A stretch of 64,000 bases of DNA from Alphaproteobacteria bacterium (GCA_046348645.1 JAXMDU010000007.1:77399-141398), one strand, 5' to 3'; shown: positions 9,660 through 22,441, numbered from the stretch's first letter. The notes: generated by a model not told the origin, from the letters alone. Numbers and translations: made by a program.

Positions 9660-11315
9660 ATGTACCGCTATGACGAATTCGATCATCGTTTCGTGCGCGA
9701 TCGGGTGGCCCAGTTCCGGTCTCAGGTCGAGCGTCGCCTCGCCGGCTCCCTCAGCGATGACGAATTTCGCCCGTTGCGGCTGATGAACGGCCTTTATCTT
9801 CAGCTGCACGCCTACATGCTGCGGGTTGCCATCCCTTATGGCACCCTTTCGTCAGGGCAGTTGCGAAAGCTCGCCCACATCGCCGAGACCTATGATCGAG
9901 GTTACGGCCATTTTACCACCCGCCAGAACATCCAGTTCAATTGGCCGCGTCTGCGCGATGTGCCGGACATCCTGGACGAGCTGGCCGATGTCGAAATGCA
10001 TGCCATCCAGACCTCGGGGAACTGCATTCGCAACATCACGGCCGATCCCTTGGCGGGTGTTGCCCGGGACGAGATCGAGGACCCGCGGCCGGTGGCCGAG
10101 CTTCTTCGCCAGTGGTCGAGCCTTCATCCCGAGTTCAGCTTCCTGCCGCGCAAGTTCAAGATTGCGGTCAGCGGGGCGACGCATGACCGTGCCGCGATTC
10201 TGGCCCATGACCTTGGCGTGCGCGTGCGCCGGAACGAAAAGGGTGAGGTCGGATACGAAATTTCGGTTGGCGGTGGCCTTGGCCGTACGCCCATGGTTGC
10301 AAAGGTTCTGCACGCATTCGTCCATCGTGATCTTCTGCTGCCCTATGTCGAAGCGGTGATGCGCGTCTATAACCTCTATGGCCGGCGGGACAACAAGTTC
10401 AAGGCGCGCGTCAAGATCCTGGTGCACGAGATCGGCATCGACGCGATGCGCCGCGAGGTCGAGGCTGAATTCGCGCGCATCGAACCGCAGACCGTGGCGG
10501 CGGATCCGGCCGAGCTGGAGCGGATCAGCGCCTATTTTGCGCCACCGCGTTATGCCGCCTTGCCGTCGCGATCGCGTGCGTTCGAAAAGGCCATGGCCGG
10601 AGATGCGGACTTCGCGCGCTGGGCCGAGGTCAATGTCAGCGGGCACAAGGTTCCCGGTTACGCGGTCGCCACCATATCGTTGAAGCCGGTCGGTGGAATC
10701 CCCGGCGATGCGACCGCTTTGCAGATGCGGACGGTCGCGGATCTGGCGGAACGCCACAGTTTCAGCGAGATCCGTGTGACGATGCAGCAGAATCTGGTGC
10801 TTCCTTATGTGCGGCAGGACGATCTGTTCGCCCTGTGGCAGCAGCTGGCGAGAGCCGGGCTGGCAACGGCAAATGCCGGCTTGATCAGTGACATTGTCGC
10901 CTGCCCGGGCCTTGATTATTGCAGCCTGGCGACGGCGCGCTCGATTCCGGTCGCGCAACTGATCGCGCGACGGTTCGCCGATCCCGAGCGCCAGCGGCAA
11001 ATCGGCCCGCTTTCAATCAAGATATCCGGGTGCATCAATGCCTGCGGTCATCATCATCTTGGGCATATCGGCATCCTGGGGCTCGAAAAAGGCGGGCAGG
11101 AATCCTATCAGGTGACGCTTGGTGGCGATCCCCTGGGCGGTACGGTCATTGGTGAGCGGTTGGGGCCGGGCCTGACGGCGGCCGAAACTGTCGATCTGAT
11201 CGAACGGCTGGTCGGTATCTATCTGGCCGATCGGCAACTCGGCGAGACGTTCGCCGAAGCGCATGGCCGGCTTGGCCATGCCCATTTCAAGGATGCGTTG
11301 CATGCCGCTCATTAG
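9660..11315 (+). CDS. cysI: assimilatory sulfite reductase hemoprotein (nitrite/sulfite reductase family)
   Basis: 551 aa with the siroheme/4Fe-4S cysteine clusters CPGLDYCSLA and SGCINACGHHH. It sits within the cys cluster. Confidence 0.9.
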   Translation: MYRYDEFDHRFVRDRVAQFRSQVERRLAGSLSDDEFRPLRLMNGLYLQLHAYMLRVAIPYGTLSSGQLRKLAHIAETYDRGYGHFTTRQNIQFNWPRLRDVPDILDELADVEMHAIQTSGNCIRNITADPLAGVARDEIEDPRPVAELLRQWSSLHPEFSFLPRKFKIAVSGATHDRAAILAHDLGVRVRRNEKGEVGYEISVGGGLGRTPMVAKVLHAFVHRDLLLPYVEAVMRVYNLYGRRDNKFKARVKILVHEIGIDAMRREVEAEFARIEPQTVAADPAELERISAYFAPPRYAALPSRSRAFEKAMAGDADFARWAEVNVSGHKVPGYAVATISLKPVGGIPGDATALQMRTVADLAERHSFSEIRVTMQQNLVLPYVRQDDLFALWQQLARAGLATANAGLISDIVACPGLDYCSLATARSIPVAQLIARRFADPERQRQIGPLSIKISGCINACGHHHLGHIGILGLEKGGQESYQVTLGGDPLGGTVIGERLGPGLTAAETVDLIERLVGIYLADRQLGETFAEAHGRLGHAHFKDALHAAH

Positions 11316-11838
11316 CGAACGCGGTCTGATTGACGACCCATGGATCCGTGCCACACAGGATGCCGATCGTCCGGCTTCTGGCCTGGTGCTGCTGCCGCTT
11401 GCGGACATTCTGGCCGAGGGCGACCGGCTGGCTGGCGCGGGCCTTGATCTGGGAATCGAGGTTCCGTCCGACACGGCGCTGTCTGTCATCAGGCCCTGGC
11501 TGGCCCGCGTCGGGCTGGTCGCGCTTCGATTCCCGGCATTTTCGGATGGGCGGGGGTTCAGCCTGGCGCGGCAGCTTCGTCTTGAAGGCTACAGTCGCGG
11601 CCTTCGTGCCGTTGGACCGCTGATTGCCGACCAGTTCGCCTTTGCACTTGCCTGCGGGTTCGACCACTTTGAGATCGACGCGGATGTTTTCGCGCGCCAG
11701 CCGCTCGATCAGTGGCTGGCGGCGGCCAAGTCCATGTCGGTTTCGTATCAGCGCGGCTATGGCGGGCCACTGAATGCCCTGGATGCGCGGCGGCATGCAC
11801 AGCGCGTGGCCCGCCGCGCCGCCAGTGGGAGGTCATGA
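11302..11838 (+). CDS. DUF934 domain protein
   Basis: MPLISERGLIDDPW...FSDGRGFSLARQLR is typical of DUF934. The gene overlaps the cysI stop and lies between cysI and cysH, the usual position. Confidence 0.8.
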   Translation: MPLISERGLIDDPWIRATQDADRPASGLVLLPLADILAEGDRLAGAGLDLGIEVPSDTALSVIRPWLARVGLVALRFPAFSDGRGFSLARQLRLEGYSRGLRAVGPLIADQFAFALACGFDHFEIDADVFARQPLDQWLAAAKSMSVSYQRGYGGPLNALDARRHAQRVARRAASGRS

Positions 11839-12617
11839 TGGATGGGCACCTCCAGTTCTCGGTCATTCCCAGCCTGAATGACGGTTTCGGCGAACTGTCG
11901 CTCGTGGACCGGATCGCGCGGATTCGAGCTGCCGTGCCGGGCCGTATCGTCTTTACGACAAGTTTCGGGATGGAGGATCAGGCCATCACCCACGCCATCT
12001 TGACACAGGATCTCGAGATTGCCGTGGTGACGCTGGATACCGGCCGCCTGTTCCCCGAAACCTATGCGCTGTGGTCGGCGACCGAGGAGCGCTATGGCCG
12101 GCGGATCACGGCCTTCGTGCCGAACCATGATGCCCTGGAAAGCCTGGTGCGGCGCCAGGGCATCAACGGATTCTATGGATCGGTCGCGAATCGAAAGGCC
12201 TGCTGCGACATTCGCAAGGTCGAGCCGCTGGGCCGCGCCCTGGCCGGGGCCGACGCCTGGATGACCGGGCTTCGGGCCGAACAGTCGGACTCCCGGGCCG
12301 GCCTCGATTACTTTTCCGTCGATGAAGGGCGCGGGCTGATCAAGGCCAATCCGCTCCTCGATTGGAGCCGCCGCGATCTAGTCGCGTATGTGCGCAAGGA
12401 AGGAATTCCCTACAATTCCCTCCATGATGCCGGATACCCGTCGATCGGCTGCCAGCCCTGCACGCGTGCTGTTCAGCCGGGTGAACCGGAAAGGGCCGGG
12501 CGCTGGTGGTGGGAGGACAAGAGCCACAAGGAATGTGGGCTGCATGTCACGCCGGATGGTCGCCTCGTGCGAACCGCGGCGCCGGGCGGCCCCGCTGCAA
12601 CTCAGAATGATGTCTAG
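11835..12617 (+). CDS. cysH: adenylylsulfate (APS) reductase, thioredoxin-dependent, Fe-S type
   Basis: The ATG at 11835 overlaps the DUF934 stop (ATGA). The protein has a PAPS_reduct domain with a Cys pair CC ([10 protein letters not shown]), CxxC (GCQPCT) and ECGLH. That combination is the Fe-S cluster signature of APS-specific enzymes. Confidence 0.88.
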   Translation: MMDGHLQFSVIPSLNDGFGELSLVDRIARIRAAVPGRIVFTTSFGMEDQAITHAILTQDLEIAVVTLDTGRLFPETYALWSATEERYGRRITAFVPNHDALESLVRRQGINGFYGSVANRKACCDIRKVEPLGRALAGADAWMTGLRAEQSDSRAGLDYFSVDEGRGLIKANPLLDWSRRDLVAYVRKEGIPYNSLHDAGYPSIGCQPCTRAVQPGEPERAGRWWWEDKSHKECGLHVTPDGRLVRTAAPGGPAATQNDV

Positions 12618-12627
12618 GAACACGACC

Positions 12628-13635
12628 ATGCCCGCTCTTCGCGCCGTTGCCACCAGCACCTTGCATCGGGCCGCGCCGGCTTTCCGGCCACGACGGGTCG
12701 ACCCGATCGGGCCAGCGCCAGGCGCAGCGGCACTGCCGCACCTTAGCCATCTGGACCAGCTCGAATCCGAGAGCATCTACATCATGCGCGAGGTGGTGGC
12801 CGAATGCCAGAACCCGGTCATGCTGTACTCGATCGGCAAGGACTCGGCGGTCATGCTGCATCTGGCGATGAAGGCCTTTCATCCCGGCCGCATCCCGTTC
12901 CCGCTGCTGCATGTTGATACCACCTGGAAATTCCGCGAGATGATCGCCTTCCGTGACCAGCGGGCGCGGGACCTTGGTCTCGAATTGCTGGTCCACACCA
13001 ACACGGATGGCCTGGCCCGCGGTGTGACACCATTTTCGCATGGTTCGCGCGGCTACACCGACATCATGAAGACCGAAGCCCTGAAGCAGGCGCTCGACAA
13101 ATGGGGCTTTGACGCGGCCTTTGGCGGTGCGCGCCGCGACGAGGAGAAATCGCGCGCCAAGGAAAGGATCTTCTCTCTCCGATCGGCCCAGCATCGTTGG
13201 GATCCGCGCAACCAGCGGCCGGAACCTTGGCGGCTTTATAACGCGCGGCACCGGAAAGGTGAGAGCCTGCGGGTCTTTCCGCTCTCGAACTGGACCGAGC
13301 TCGACATCTGGGAATACATCCTGCGCGAGCGTATTCCGGTCGTCCCTCTCTATCTTGCGGCCCGGCGGCCGGTGGTGCATCGCGATGGCCGGCTCATCAT
13401 GGTTGATGACACACGGTTGCCGCTGCTGCCCGGCGAGGTGCCTGAATGGCGCATGGTCCGGTTCCGGACCCTCGGCTGCTACCCGCTGACGGCGGCGGTC
13501 GAGAGCGAGGCATCGACCTTGCCCGATGTTGTCCGCGAGATGTTCGAGGCTCGGACTTCGGAGCGTCAGGGACGGCTGATCGACCATGACGAGGCAGCCT
13601 CGATGGAGAAGAAGAAACAAGAAGGCTATTTCTGA
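12628..13635 (+). CDS. cysD: sulfate adenylyltransferase subunit 2
   Basis: [21 protein letters not shown] and the rest match CysD. Start taken at the ATG at 12628, just after the cysH stop. Confidence 0.9.
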   Translation: MPALRAVATSTLHRAAPAFRPRRVDPIGPAPGAAALPHLSHLDQLESESIYIMREVVAECQNPVMLYSIGKDSAVMLHLAMKAFHPGRIPFPLLHVDTTWKFREMIAFRDQRARDLGLELLVHTNTDGLARGVTPFSHGSRGYTDIMKTEALKQALDKWGFDAAFGGARRDEEKSRAKERIFSLRSAQHRWDPRNQRPEPWRLYNARHRKGESLRVFPLSNWTELDIWEYILRERIPVVPLYLAARRPVVHRDGRLIMVDDTRLPLLPGEVPEWRMVRFRTLGCYPLTAAVESEASTLPDVVREMFEARTSERQGRLIDHDEAASMEKKKQEGYF

Positions 13636-15203
13636 TGCAGCTTGCAGCGACGGCAATTCCCCCCGACCTGGATGCCTTTCTGGCCCGTGAGCGCCAGCGT
13701 TCAAGCCTGCGGTTCATCACTTGCGGATCGGTGGATGACGGCAAGTCGACTCTGATTGGCCGCCTTCTCTACGAATCGAAGCTCTTGTTTGATGACCAGA
13801 TTGCGACCCTGGTCACCGACTCGAAGCGAGCCGGCACCCAGAATGGCGGGCTCGATTTTTCGCTGCTTGTTGACGGCCTTGCTGCCGAGCGCGAGCAGGG
13901 CATCACCATCGATGTCGCCTACCGGTTCTTCGCCACGAGCCAGCGCAAGTTCATTGTCGCCGACACGCCGGGGCACGAGCAGTACACCCGGAACATGGCG
14001 ACCGGCGCCTCGCTGTGCGATCTTGCGATCATCCTGGTCGACGCGCGAAAGGGCCTGTTGACCCAGACCCGGCGGCACAGCGTGATCGTCTCGATGCTGG
14101 GCGTCCGGCATGTCGTGCTGGCCATCAACAAAATCGACCTGGTCGGCTATTCCGAGGCCGTTTTCAATCGGATTAGGACTGACTTCCAAAACTTCGCCCG
14201 GGATCTGGGATTCGACGAGATCTGCTGCATCCCGGTCTCGGCGCTGCGTGGCGACAATGTCGTAGCCCGCTCGGCCCATACGGCCTGGTATGAGGGGCCA
14301 TCGCTTCTCGAGCACCTGGAAGCGGTCGAAGTCGAGAACGATTCGTTGCGCCGTCCCTTCCGCATGGCGGTCCAATGGGTCAATCGCCCATCGGCCGATT
14401 TCCGGGGATTTTCCGGCCTCATCACCAGCGGCACCGTTTCGACCGGTGATCGGGTCCGCGCTGTCCTGTCGGGTCTGGAAGCCCGCGTGGCCCGCATCAC
14501 GACCCATGACGGTGATCTGGATCGGGCGGGCGCCGGACGATCGGTGACCCTGCTTCTTGACCGCGAGATCGACATCTCGCGCGGCGAGCTGATCTGCGCG
14601 GCCGAAGCCCCGGCGACGCGCGCATCGGATTTCCGGGCACGATTGCTGTGGACCGGCGATGGCGCGCTGGTGCCCGGAAAGTCCTACCTGCTGCGGATCG
14701 GAACGCGATCGGTGACCGCGACGGTTCGGCGTCCGGATTACGTTCTCGACATCAATACGCTGGCGCGGCATCCGGCCGATACGCTGCGAATGAACGAGAT
14801 GGGCTTTTGCCAGATTGTCCTCGATCAGCCCGCAGCATTCGATTCATACGCCCGAAGCCGCGAAACCGGTTCGTTCATTCTGATCGATCGCGAAAGCAAC
14901 GATACCCTGGCCATGGGCTTCGTCGAGTCGATCTCTGACGGTGAGCCGGACCAGGACTTAGGGCGGCCCGCCCCGGAGATCGGCCAGACAGGTGACCGCC
15001 GGCGGGTTGGCCATCGGGTTGGACGAATCCTGTCCTGGGGCGTGATCAGTACCATCGTCACGTTCGGGATTGCCTTTGCCGTGACCGGCGACCGATCCGT
15101 CGCCATGACGGTGGCTGTAGCCGAGCTTGCCGCACAAAGCGCCCTGTTCTGGGCGCATCGGCAAGCCTGGCAGCGCGTCGATCGCCGGCCCGATCGGATC
15201 TAG
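13635..15203 (+). CDS. cysN: sulfate adenylyltransferase subunit 1 (GTPase) with a C-terminal hydrophobic DUF2061-like extension
   Basis: GTPase motifs GSVDDGKST, DTPGHEQY and NKIDL are present. There is no APS-kinase domain. The last ~65 aa (ILSWGVISTIVTFGIAFAVTG...AVAELAAQSALFWAHRQAW) look like a two-TM DUF2061 module. Confidence 0.88.
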   Translation: MQLAATAIPPDLDAFLARERQRSSLRFITCGSVDDGKSTLIGRLLYESKLLFDDQIATLVTDSKRAGTQNGGLDFSLLVDGLAAEREQGITIDVAYRFFATSQRKFIVADTPGHEQYTRNMATGASLCDLAIILVDARKGLLTQTRRHSVIVSMLGVRHVVLAINKIDLVGYSEAVFNRIRTDFQNFARDLGFDEICCIPVSALRGDNVVARSAHTAWYEGPSLLEHLEAVEVENDSLRRPFRMAVQWVNRPSADFRGFSGLITSGTVSTGDRVRAVLSGLEARVARITTHDGDLDRAGAGRSVTLLLDREIDISRGELICAAEAPATRASDFRARLLWTGDGALVPGKSYLLRIGTRSVTATVRRPDYVLDINTLARHPADTLRMNEMGFCQIVLDQPAAFDSYARSRETGSFILIDRESNDTLAMGFVESISDGEPDQDLGRPAPEIGQTGDRRRVGHRVGRILSWGVISTIVTFGIAFAVTGDRSVAMTVAVAELAAQSALFWAHRQAWQRVDRRPDRI

Positions 15204-15286
15204 CGGCAAGCTTGGCACCCCGGCAGCGCGGCGGCGGTTCCATCATGGGGGCCAAGCTGCTATGAGGACCGCGGGAGGACGCGGCC

Positions 15287-15724
15287 ATGGACGATGATCG
15301 GATCGTCATCACGCCAGATCTGTCGATTGATCGGGACGAGCTGGTCTTCACCTTTGTCCGGGCCTCGGGCCCGGGCGGGCAAAACGTCAACAAGGTTTCC
15401 AGCGCGGTCGAGCTTCGCTTCGATGCCGCGTCGTCACCGTCGCTTGACGCGGCGACAGTGGCGCGGCTTCGCAGGATTGCCGGGCGTCGGATCACCGCGG
15501 GGGGCACCGTGATCATAGCGGCGCAGCGGCATCGGTCGCAGGATGCGAACCGGCGCGATGCGCTGGAACGGCTGGTGGATCTGCTGCGTCAGGCAACGAT
15601 CCGGCCAAAGGCCCGCAGGCCGACACGGCCGAGCCAGGCGGCAAAGATGGAACGCCGGGAGACCAAACGCCGGCGCGGCGGGATCAAGCGCCTGCGCGGG
15701 CGCGCGAAACCGGACGATGCCTAA
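15287..15724 (+). CDS. arfB: alternative ribosome-rescue factor / peptidyl-tRNA hydrolase
   Basis: 145 aa with the GGQ motif (GPGGQNVNKVSSAVELRF) and a basic C-terminal tail. Confidence 0.85.
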   Translation: MDDDRIVITPDLSIDRDELVFTFVRASGPGGQNVNKVSSAVELRFDAASSPSLDAATVARLRRIAGRRITAGGTVIIAAQRHRSQDANRRDALERLVDLLRQATIRPKARRPTRPSQAAKMERRETKRRRGGIKRLRGRAKPDDA

Positions 15725-15760
15725 GGCGCGGCGCCCAAGGCGGGCCACGGAAAAGGGTCG

Positions 15761-15791
15761 AAAAAGAAAAGGGGGCGCCCGTGGCGCCCCC
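15761..15791 (-). terminator. Rho-independent terminator of nirS (may also act on arfB)
   Basis: A 9-bp GC stem (gggggcgcc / ggcgccccc, 3-nt loop) is followed on the minus strand by TTTTCTTTTT. It lies 27 nt downstream of the nirS stop. Confidence 0.8.
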
Positions 15792-15817
15792 TTCCGTCAG
15801 GTCTGATCAGTCGCAGA

Positions 15818-17569
<1,752 letters not shown>

Positions 17570-17653
17570 TCAGTCTCCTTTTCCCTAGCGAGGATATACA
17601 TATAGCATGACGGGGATGCGGCTAGGCATTTATCAATTAGAGTGCGGCTGTCC

Positions 17654-17667
17654 TTGATAATCGTCAA
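17654..17667. promoter_or_regulatory. FNR/NnrR/Dnr-type box TTGATAATCGTCAA
   Basis: One mismatch to TTGAT-N4-ATCAA; the extended palindrome is ccTTGAtaatcgTCAAgg. It is centred about 94 bp upstream of the nirS ATG, in the nirS / nirI divergent intergenic region. Confidence 0.6.
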
Positions 17668-17766
17668 GGCGGAGTATGGAATAGCCATGTCATGCGTGCG
17701 GCGCCCGCCGGTTGTGCCCGGCGATGGTCGCCATCGAGCGGAGAAGGCTGGCATCCGGTAGGCGCC

Positions 17767-20026
17767 ATGAAACACCCGATCGACAATTCACGCCCGTGGC
17801 GGCAAGCAGGCTGGCTGGTTCGCACCCTGGTGCGGCTGGGCCTTGCCCTGGCCTGTCTTTTGCCGGCCCATACGCTGCGGGCGCAGGACTCTCTGTTCCA
17901 GAGCGCCTTCCCCGATGCCACCCGTTTCGGTCCCATCGAGGGGACGCCGCCGGCAGCAAAGGTTTGGCGTGGCACCGAGCCTGCCGGCTATATCTTCCAC
18001 ACCCGCGACGTTGTGGCCACGGCGGGCTATTCCGGAAAACCGATCGATGTCGTGGTGGGGCTCGATCTTGCGGGCCGGCTGACGGGCGCGGTGATCGCCG
18101 AACATCATGAGCCGATCCTTGTCATCGGGGTATCCGATCAGAATCTGCAGCGTTTCGCCGCCCAGTTCGCCGGCCGGGATGTGCGCGAACCGATCACCGT
18201 GACGCGGAGCGGGCGGAGCGGCACCCTGGAAGCGGTCAGCGGCGCCACCGTTTCGTCGATCGTCCTGGCGGATGGCGTTCTGCGCGCCGCCCGGGCGGTG
18301 GCCCGTGGCCGCGGCCTGATCCCGGCTGGCGGCCTTGACGTGGAATCCTTCGCGCCCGCCGACTGGGCCGCCCTGGTCGCCGATGGCTCGATCGTGCGCC
18401 GGCGGGTTACCGTGAGCGACCTCCGGCAAGCGGCTGGCGAGCAGGGCGTCTGGACTGGATCACTTCAGGCGACGGCCAGGGCCGCGCCGTGACCTGTTTA
18501 TCGATCTCTATCTGGCGCTGGCAACGCCGGCGCGGATCGGCCGGAACCTTCTGGGCGAGCAGCCCTGATACCGCGCTTGGTGGCCGGCCGGCCGGTGACC
18601 AGATCCTGTTCATCGCTGCATCGGGCCGATATTCGTTCAGGAACAAGGATATCACCGGCTTGGCCATTCGACCGGATCCAGATCGTCCAGGACGCGACCA
18701 CCCTGGTGCTGGGTGCGGATCAACAGACCGTTCACGCGCCTCGCTGCGCCCGGCGCCAGATCTGCCAGAGACCGCCCTTTTCGTCCTGCCAGCGAATTCC
18801 GGTTTCGATCCGACCCAGCCCTGGCGGCTGGATCTGCTTGTGGCCGGTGAAGCGGCCGGTGCACCGTCCGCGGTTCTGAGGACGACCTATGTGTTACCGG
18901 CGCGTTATCGCCTGCCCGATGCCCCGGTGAAAGGGTCAGAGATCACTTCCGTCGCGGCGGCCGAGCCCGGAACCGCCGAGCCACTGTGGATGACGGTCTG
19001 GCGGGCCCGCGCTGTCGAAATCGTCGTCGTTTGCCTGGCGATCGTCGGCGTCACGGCCATTTTCGTATTTCAGGATGCGCTGGTCCGGCGCCGACGGCTT
19101 TACCGCTGGGTTCGTGTCGGCTTCATGTTGTTTACGCTGCTGGCGCTGGGCTGGTACGCTGGGGCCCAGCTTTCGGTGCTTAATGTCCTGACCTTCGGCG
19201 ACGCCTTGCGCAGCGGATTTCGCTGGGAAGTGTTCAGTCGACGAATTTGCTGTTCATTCTGTGGAGAACTTTGGCGGTCAGGCTTCTTTTTCACGCGCGC
19301 GGCGTATTCTGCGGCTGGCTGTGTCCGTTTGGCGCGCTGCAGGAATTGACAGGGCGGCTGGGCCGGTTTGCGCGGCTGCCGGTCCTGACGCCACCATTTA
19401 CATTCAGTGAACGGGCGTGGCCAATCAAGTATATCTTGTTTCTGGGTCTTTTTGCCCTGTCCCTGGGCGAAACCGGCCTGACGGTTCAACTGGCCGAGAT
19501 CGAGCCGTTCAAAACCGCCATCGTGATGCACTTCGACCGCACGTGGCCGTTTGTCGCCTATGCCGCGGCACTTCTTATGGTGTGCCTGTTCGTCGAGCGC
19601 TTCTTCTGCCGGTATTTATACCCGCTTGGCGGGCGCTTGCGATCGGCGCGGCTGCGCATGTTCGACTGGCTCAAACGTCATTGGCAGTGCAGCCTGCAAT
19701 GTCATATCTGCAGATCGCGCTGCCCGGTCCAGGCCATCAGCCCCAGCGGCCAGATCAATCCCAATGAATGCATCCAATGCCTGGAGTGCCAGGCACTCTA
19801 TTACGATGACACCATCTGCCCGCCGATGGTTGAACGCCGCCGCCGCCGCGAGCCGAAGCTGACCCAGACATTGGTCGAGCGTTTCGGCGCGGCCGAAGCC
19901 AAGGGCGAGGCTCAAGGCGAGGAGCCAAGCCATGACGCCCGCCGTTACACGCCGCCGTTTCCTGAGCATCGCCGCAGCGACGGGCGCTTTGTCCTTGGCC
20001 GGCCTTGCGGCTGGGGGCGCCAGTGA
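17767..20026 (+). pseudogene. nirI: NosR/NirI-like membrane FMN/Fe-S regulator, multiply frameshifted
   Basis: The FMN-binding N-terminus is in ORF 17692-18492. Recognisable NosR-like pieces continue in three other frames: 18489-19349, 18577-18879 (FDRIQIVQDATTLVL) and 19247-20026 (FCGWLCPFGALQEL, CPVQAI, NECIQCLECQ). The gene is divergent from nirS, as in Paracoccus nirIX. Confidence 0.75.
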
Positions 20027-20923
20027 CAGAGGCGGGCGGATTGTCTGGCGTGGCAGGGCGCTTGGTGCCGAGGCAGAAATACGGCTTGCGGCCGAGGATG
20101 AAACGGCCGCCCGGACCGCCATCGCCCGCGCGGTCGCTGAGGCGGAAAACCTGGAAGCGTCCTTCGCTCTATGTACCGCAGTCGAAATTGTCCGTCTCAA
20201 CCGCGATGGTCGGATCGGATCAGCATCTCTTGATCTGCGCCGTGTCATTGCTGCAAGCCAGCGATGGGGCGTCTTGACCGGGGGGGCTTCGATGTGACCG
20301 TGCAGCCCATATGGGATCTTTTTGCGCGCCATTTCTCGGCCGATGGTGCAGATGTGGCCGGGCCCGCAGACGATGCCATCGCTGCTGCCTGTGCGAAGGT
20401 CGATTATCGCGCCATCGAGATCGACGGTGTGTCGGTCACATTCTTCGCCCTGGCATGGCCATGACGCTCAGCGGCATTGCCGAGGCCTATCACCAGCCGC
20501 GTCGCCGATGTCCTTGCCGATGCCGGGTTCCTGCTGCCCTGATCGACATGGGTGAAATCGCGGCACACGGGCCACCGCCGGGCGAGGCCGGCTGGCAGGT
20601 GGGCATCGAAGACCCTCGGGCGCGCGGCCGCATCATCGACCGCGTCGTACTGGGCCCCCGCCAGGCCATGGCCACGTCCAGCGGCTTTGGCACGCGTTTT
20701 GACCCGGAAGGCCGGCACCACCATATTTTGTTCCCGCGACAGGCCGCAGCGCCCATGCCGTGGTTTCGGTCGGTCGGCGCCGTGGTGCCCATGTTGACGT
20801 CCTTTCGACCCGCGCTTGCGGTGCGCGGGGTCGAGGGTGCCCAAGGCCTGCTTCGTGCCGGCAGAGCGAAGCACCGCCATCGTCATCGACAATGCCGGCC
20901 AAATCGGCGCGCATCCAGCGTGA
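19932..20923 (+). pseudogene. nirX: ApbE/NosX-like flavin transferase (NirX-like), multiply frameshifted
   Basis: It has a Tat signal (RRRFLSIAAATGALSLAGLA). ApbE-like pieces are scattered over at least 4 frames, including GFDVTVQPIWDLF, GWQVGIEDPRA, ATSSGFGTRFDPEGRHHHIL and TAIVIDNAGQIGAHPA, ending at the stop at 20921-20923. Confidence 0.7.
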
Positions 20924-21022
20924 TCCGGGGCGCCGCTCGATCGCGACGCCTCATTCGAACTGGATATTTCGTCTCGACGGCTCAAAGTGCCGCGTCTCGA
21001 CAGTGATCACGGGCCGACCGTC

Positions 21023-21059
21023 AGGCCGGAAACCGTTAGGCCGGAAACCGTTAGGCCGG
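21023..21059. repeat. 15-bp tandem repeat, about 2.5 copies (aggccggaaaccgtt)
   Basis: Directly adjacent identical units at 21023-21037 and 21038-21052, with a partial unit at 21053-21059. Intergenic, between the nirX remnant and the MFS gene. Confidence 0.85.
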
Positions 21060-21135
21060 GCCAGGCCAACCTCGCGATCCTGCATCCAGCCGATCCGTCT
21101 GGCGGCATCCGTACCGTTGCGCGCCGCTGACGGCG

Positions 21136-22323
21136 ATGACGGCGGTCCAGGCCATGGTTTCCCTGGTCGTCATCATGGTGCCCGTATTCGCGGTGGCCGC
21201 GCCGGATATCGGGGTCGATGCCCGAATCGTCGGCTTCTACTCGGCGCTTGTCTACACGGTCAGCACCCTGAGCGCGCCGATTGGCGGCCAGCTCACGGAT
21301 CGTATTGGCCCGGTCCGCACCAGCCAGATCTGCATGTTGGTGGTCGCGGTCGGCATTGCCCTGGTCGCGACGGCATGGCTACCCCTGGTCGCACTGGGGG
21401 CCATGCTGATGGGGGCCGGCAATGGGCCGGCCACGCCCGCCTCGACTTATATCCTGTCCAGACGGACCCCGCCGCGGCTGATGTCGCTGGTGCTGTCGAT
21501 CAAACAGACCGGCGCGGCCCTTGGCATTGCGATTGCCGGCGCGACCGTGCCATTCATGGTGGTGGCCATGGGGTGGCAGGGGGCTGCCCTTGTGGGAGCG
21601 GGAATTTCGCTCGTTGTTGCCGTGGCGCTTGAAGCCTTGCGCAAGGATATGGACCGCGATGTGCATGCGGCGCACGGTTCGGGCGTCGCCAAGCGGCCAT
21701 CAGCCCTGGCCGGCCTTGGTCTTATCCTGCGGAACCGCCGGTTGGCGGTCATGGCGGCCTGCAGCTTTTCGTTCTGCGTGTTTCAGATCGCCGTCACGTC
21801 GTATTTTGTTACGTTCCTGGTCGAGGAGATCGGAATCGACAAGGCCAAGGCCGCCTATCTTTTTTCGATCGCCGTGACGGTGGGGGCCGCGGTCCGTGTT
21901 GCCGTGGGCGCGCTGGCCGACTGGCTGGGCGACCGCAGTGGCGTGCTGGCTGCGCTGGGGCTTGGCATGGGCGCCTGTGCGGTCTGGTTCATGTTTTTGA
22001 CGCGCGGCACGGCGATCTGGGAAATCGCCGTTCTGGGTGTTGTTTTCGCCTGCGTCAGCATGACCTGGACCGGCGTCTTCCTGGCCGAGATCATGCCGTT
22101 CGTACCCCAGCAGCAGACGGGTGGCGTCACTGGCGCGGTGATGATTTTTTTCTATGCGGGATCGGTCGTGGGGCCAGGGCTGTTCGGCGTGATTCTTACG
22201 GCCACGGGCAGCTATTCATCGGCCTTCGCCGCGGTCGGGGTTCCGGCTTTCCTGAGCGGTGGGGCCTTTCTTGTCCTTCGTCGCCGCGGCAGGTCCGGTC
22301 CGTCGTCACCGGCCAGCGCATGA
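21136..22323 (+). CDS. MFS transporter
   Basis: 395-aa multi-TM ORF. Upstream in-frame stops leave the ATG at 21136 as the start. It has the MFS-like loop GGQLTDRIGPVRT. Confidence 0.75.
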   Translation: MTAVQAMVSLVVIMVPVFAVAAPDIGVDARIVGFYSALVYTVSTLSAPIGGQLTDRIGPVRTSQICMLVVAVGIALVATAWLPLVALGAMLMGAGNGPATPASTYILSRRTPPRLMSLVLSIKQTGAALGIAIAGATVPFMVVAMGWQGAALVGAGISLVVAVALEALRKDMDRDVHAAHGSGVAKRPSALAGLGLILRNRRLAVMAACSFSFCVFQIAVTSYFVTFLVEEIGIDKAKAAYLFSIAVTVGAAVRVAVGALADWLGDRSGVLAALGLGMGACAVWFMFLTRGTAIWEIAVLGVVFACVSMTWTGVFLAEIMPFVPQQQTGGVTGAVMIFFYAGSVVGPGLFGVILTATGSYSSAFAAVGVPAFLSGGAFLVLRRRGRSGPSSPASA

Positions 22324-22441
22324 CGCGGCGGTGCAGGATTTCTACGGTGCCATTTGTCGGCTGAAGCAGGTAGAAGACTGATGCGCCGGGAAACAGAATC
22401 CGGTCCGATGTTCACGATTTGTGGGGAGGCCGCTCTTGAAC

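Noticed and set aside
20760-21632. 290-aa ORF spanning the nirX tail, the intergenic tandem repeat and the start of the MFS gene
   Set aside because: It is a chimeric out-of-frame read-through. Only a short piece (HVDVLST) corresponds to ApbE, and the rest overlaps the MFS gene in the wrong frame.
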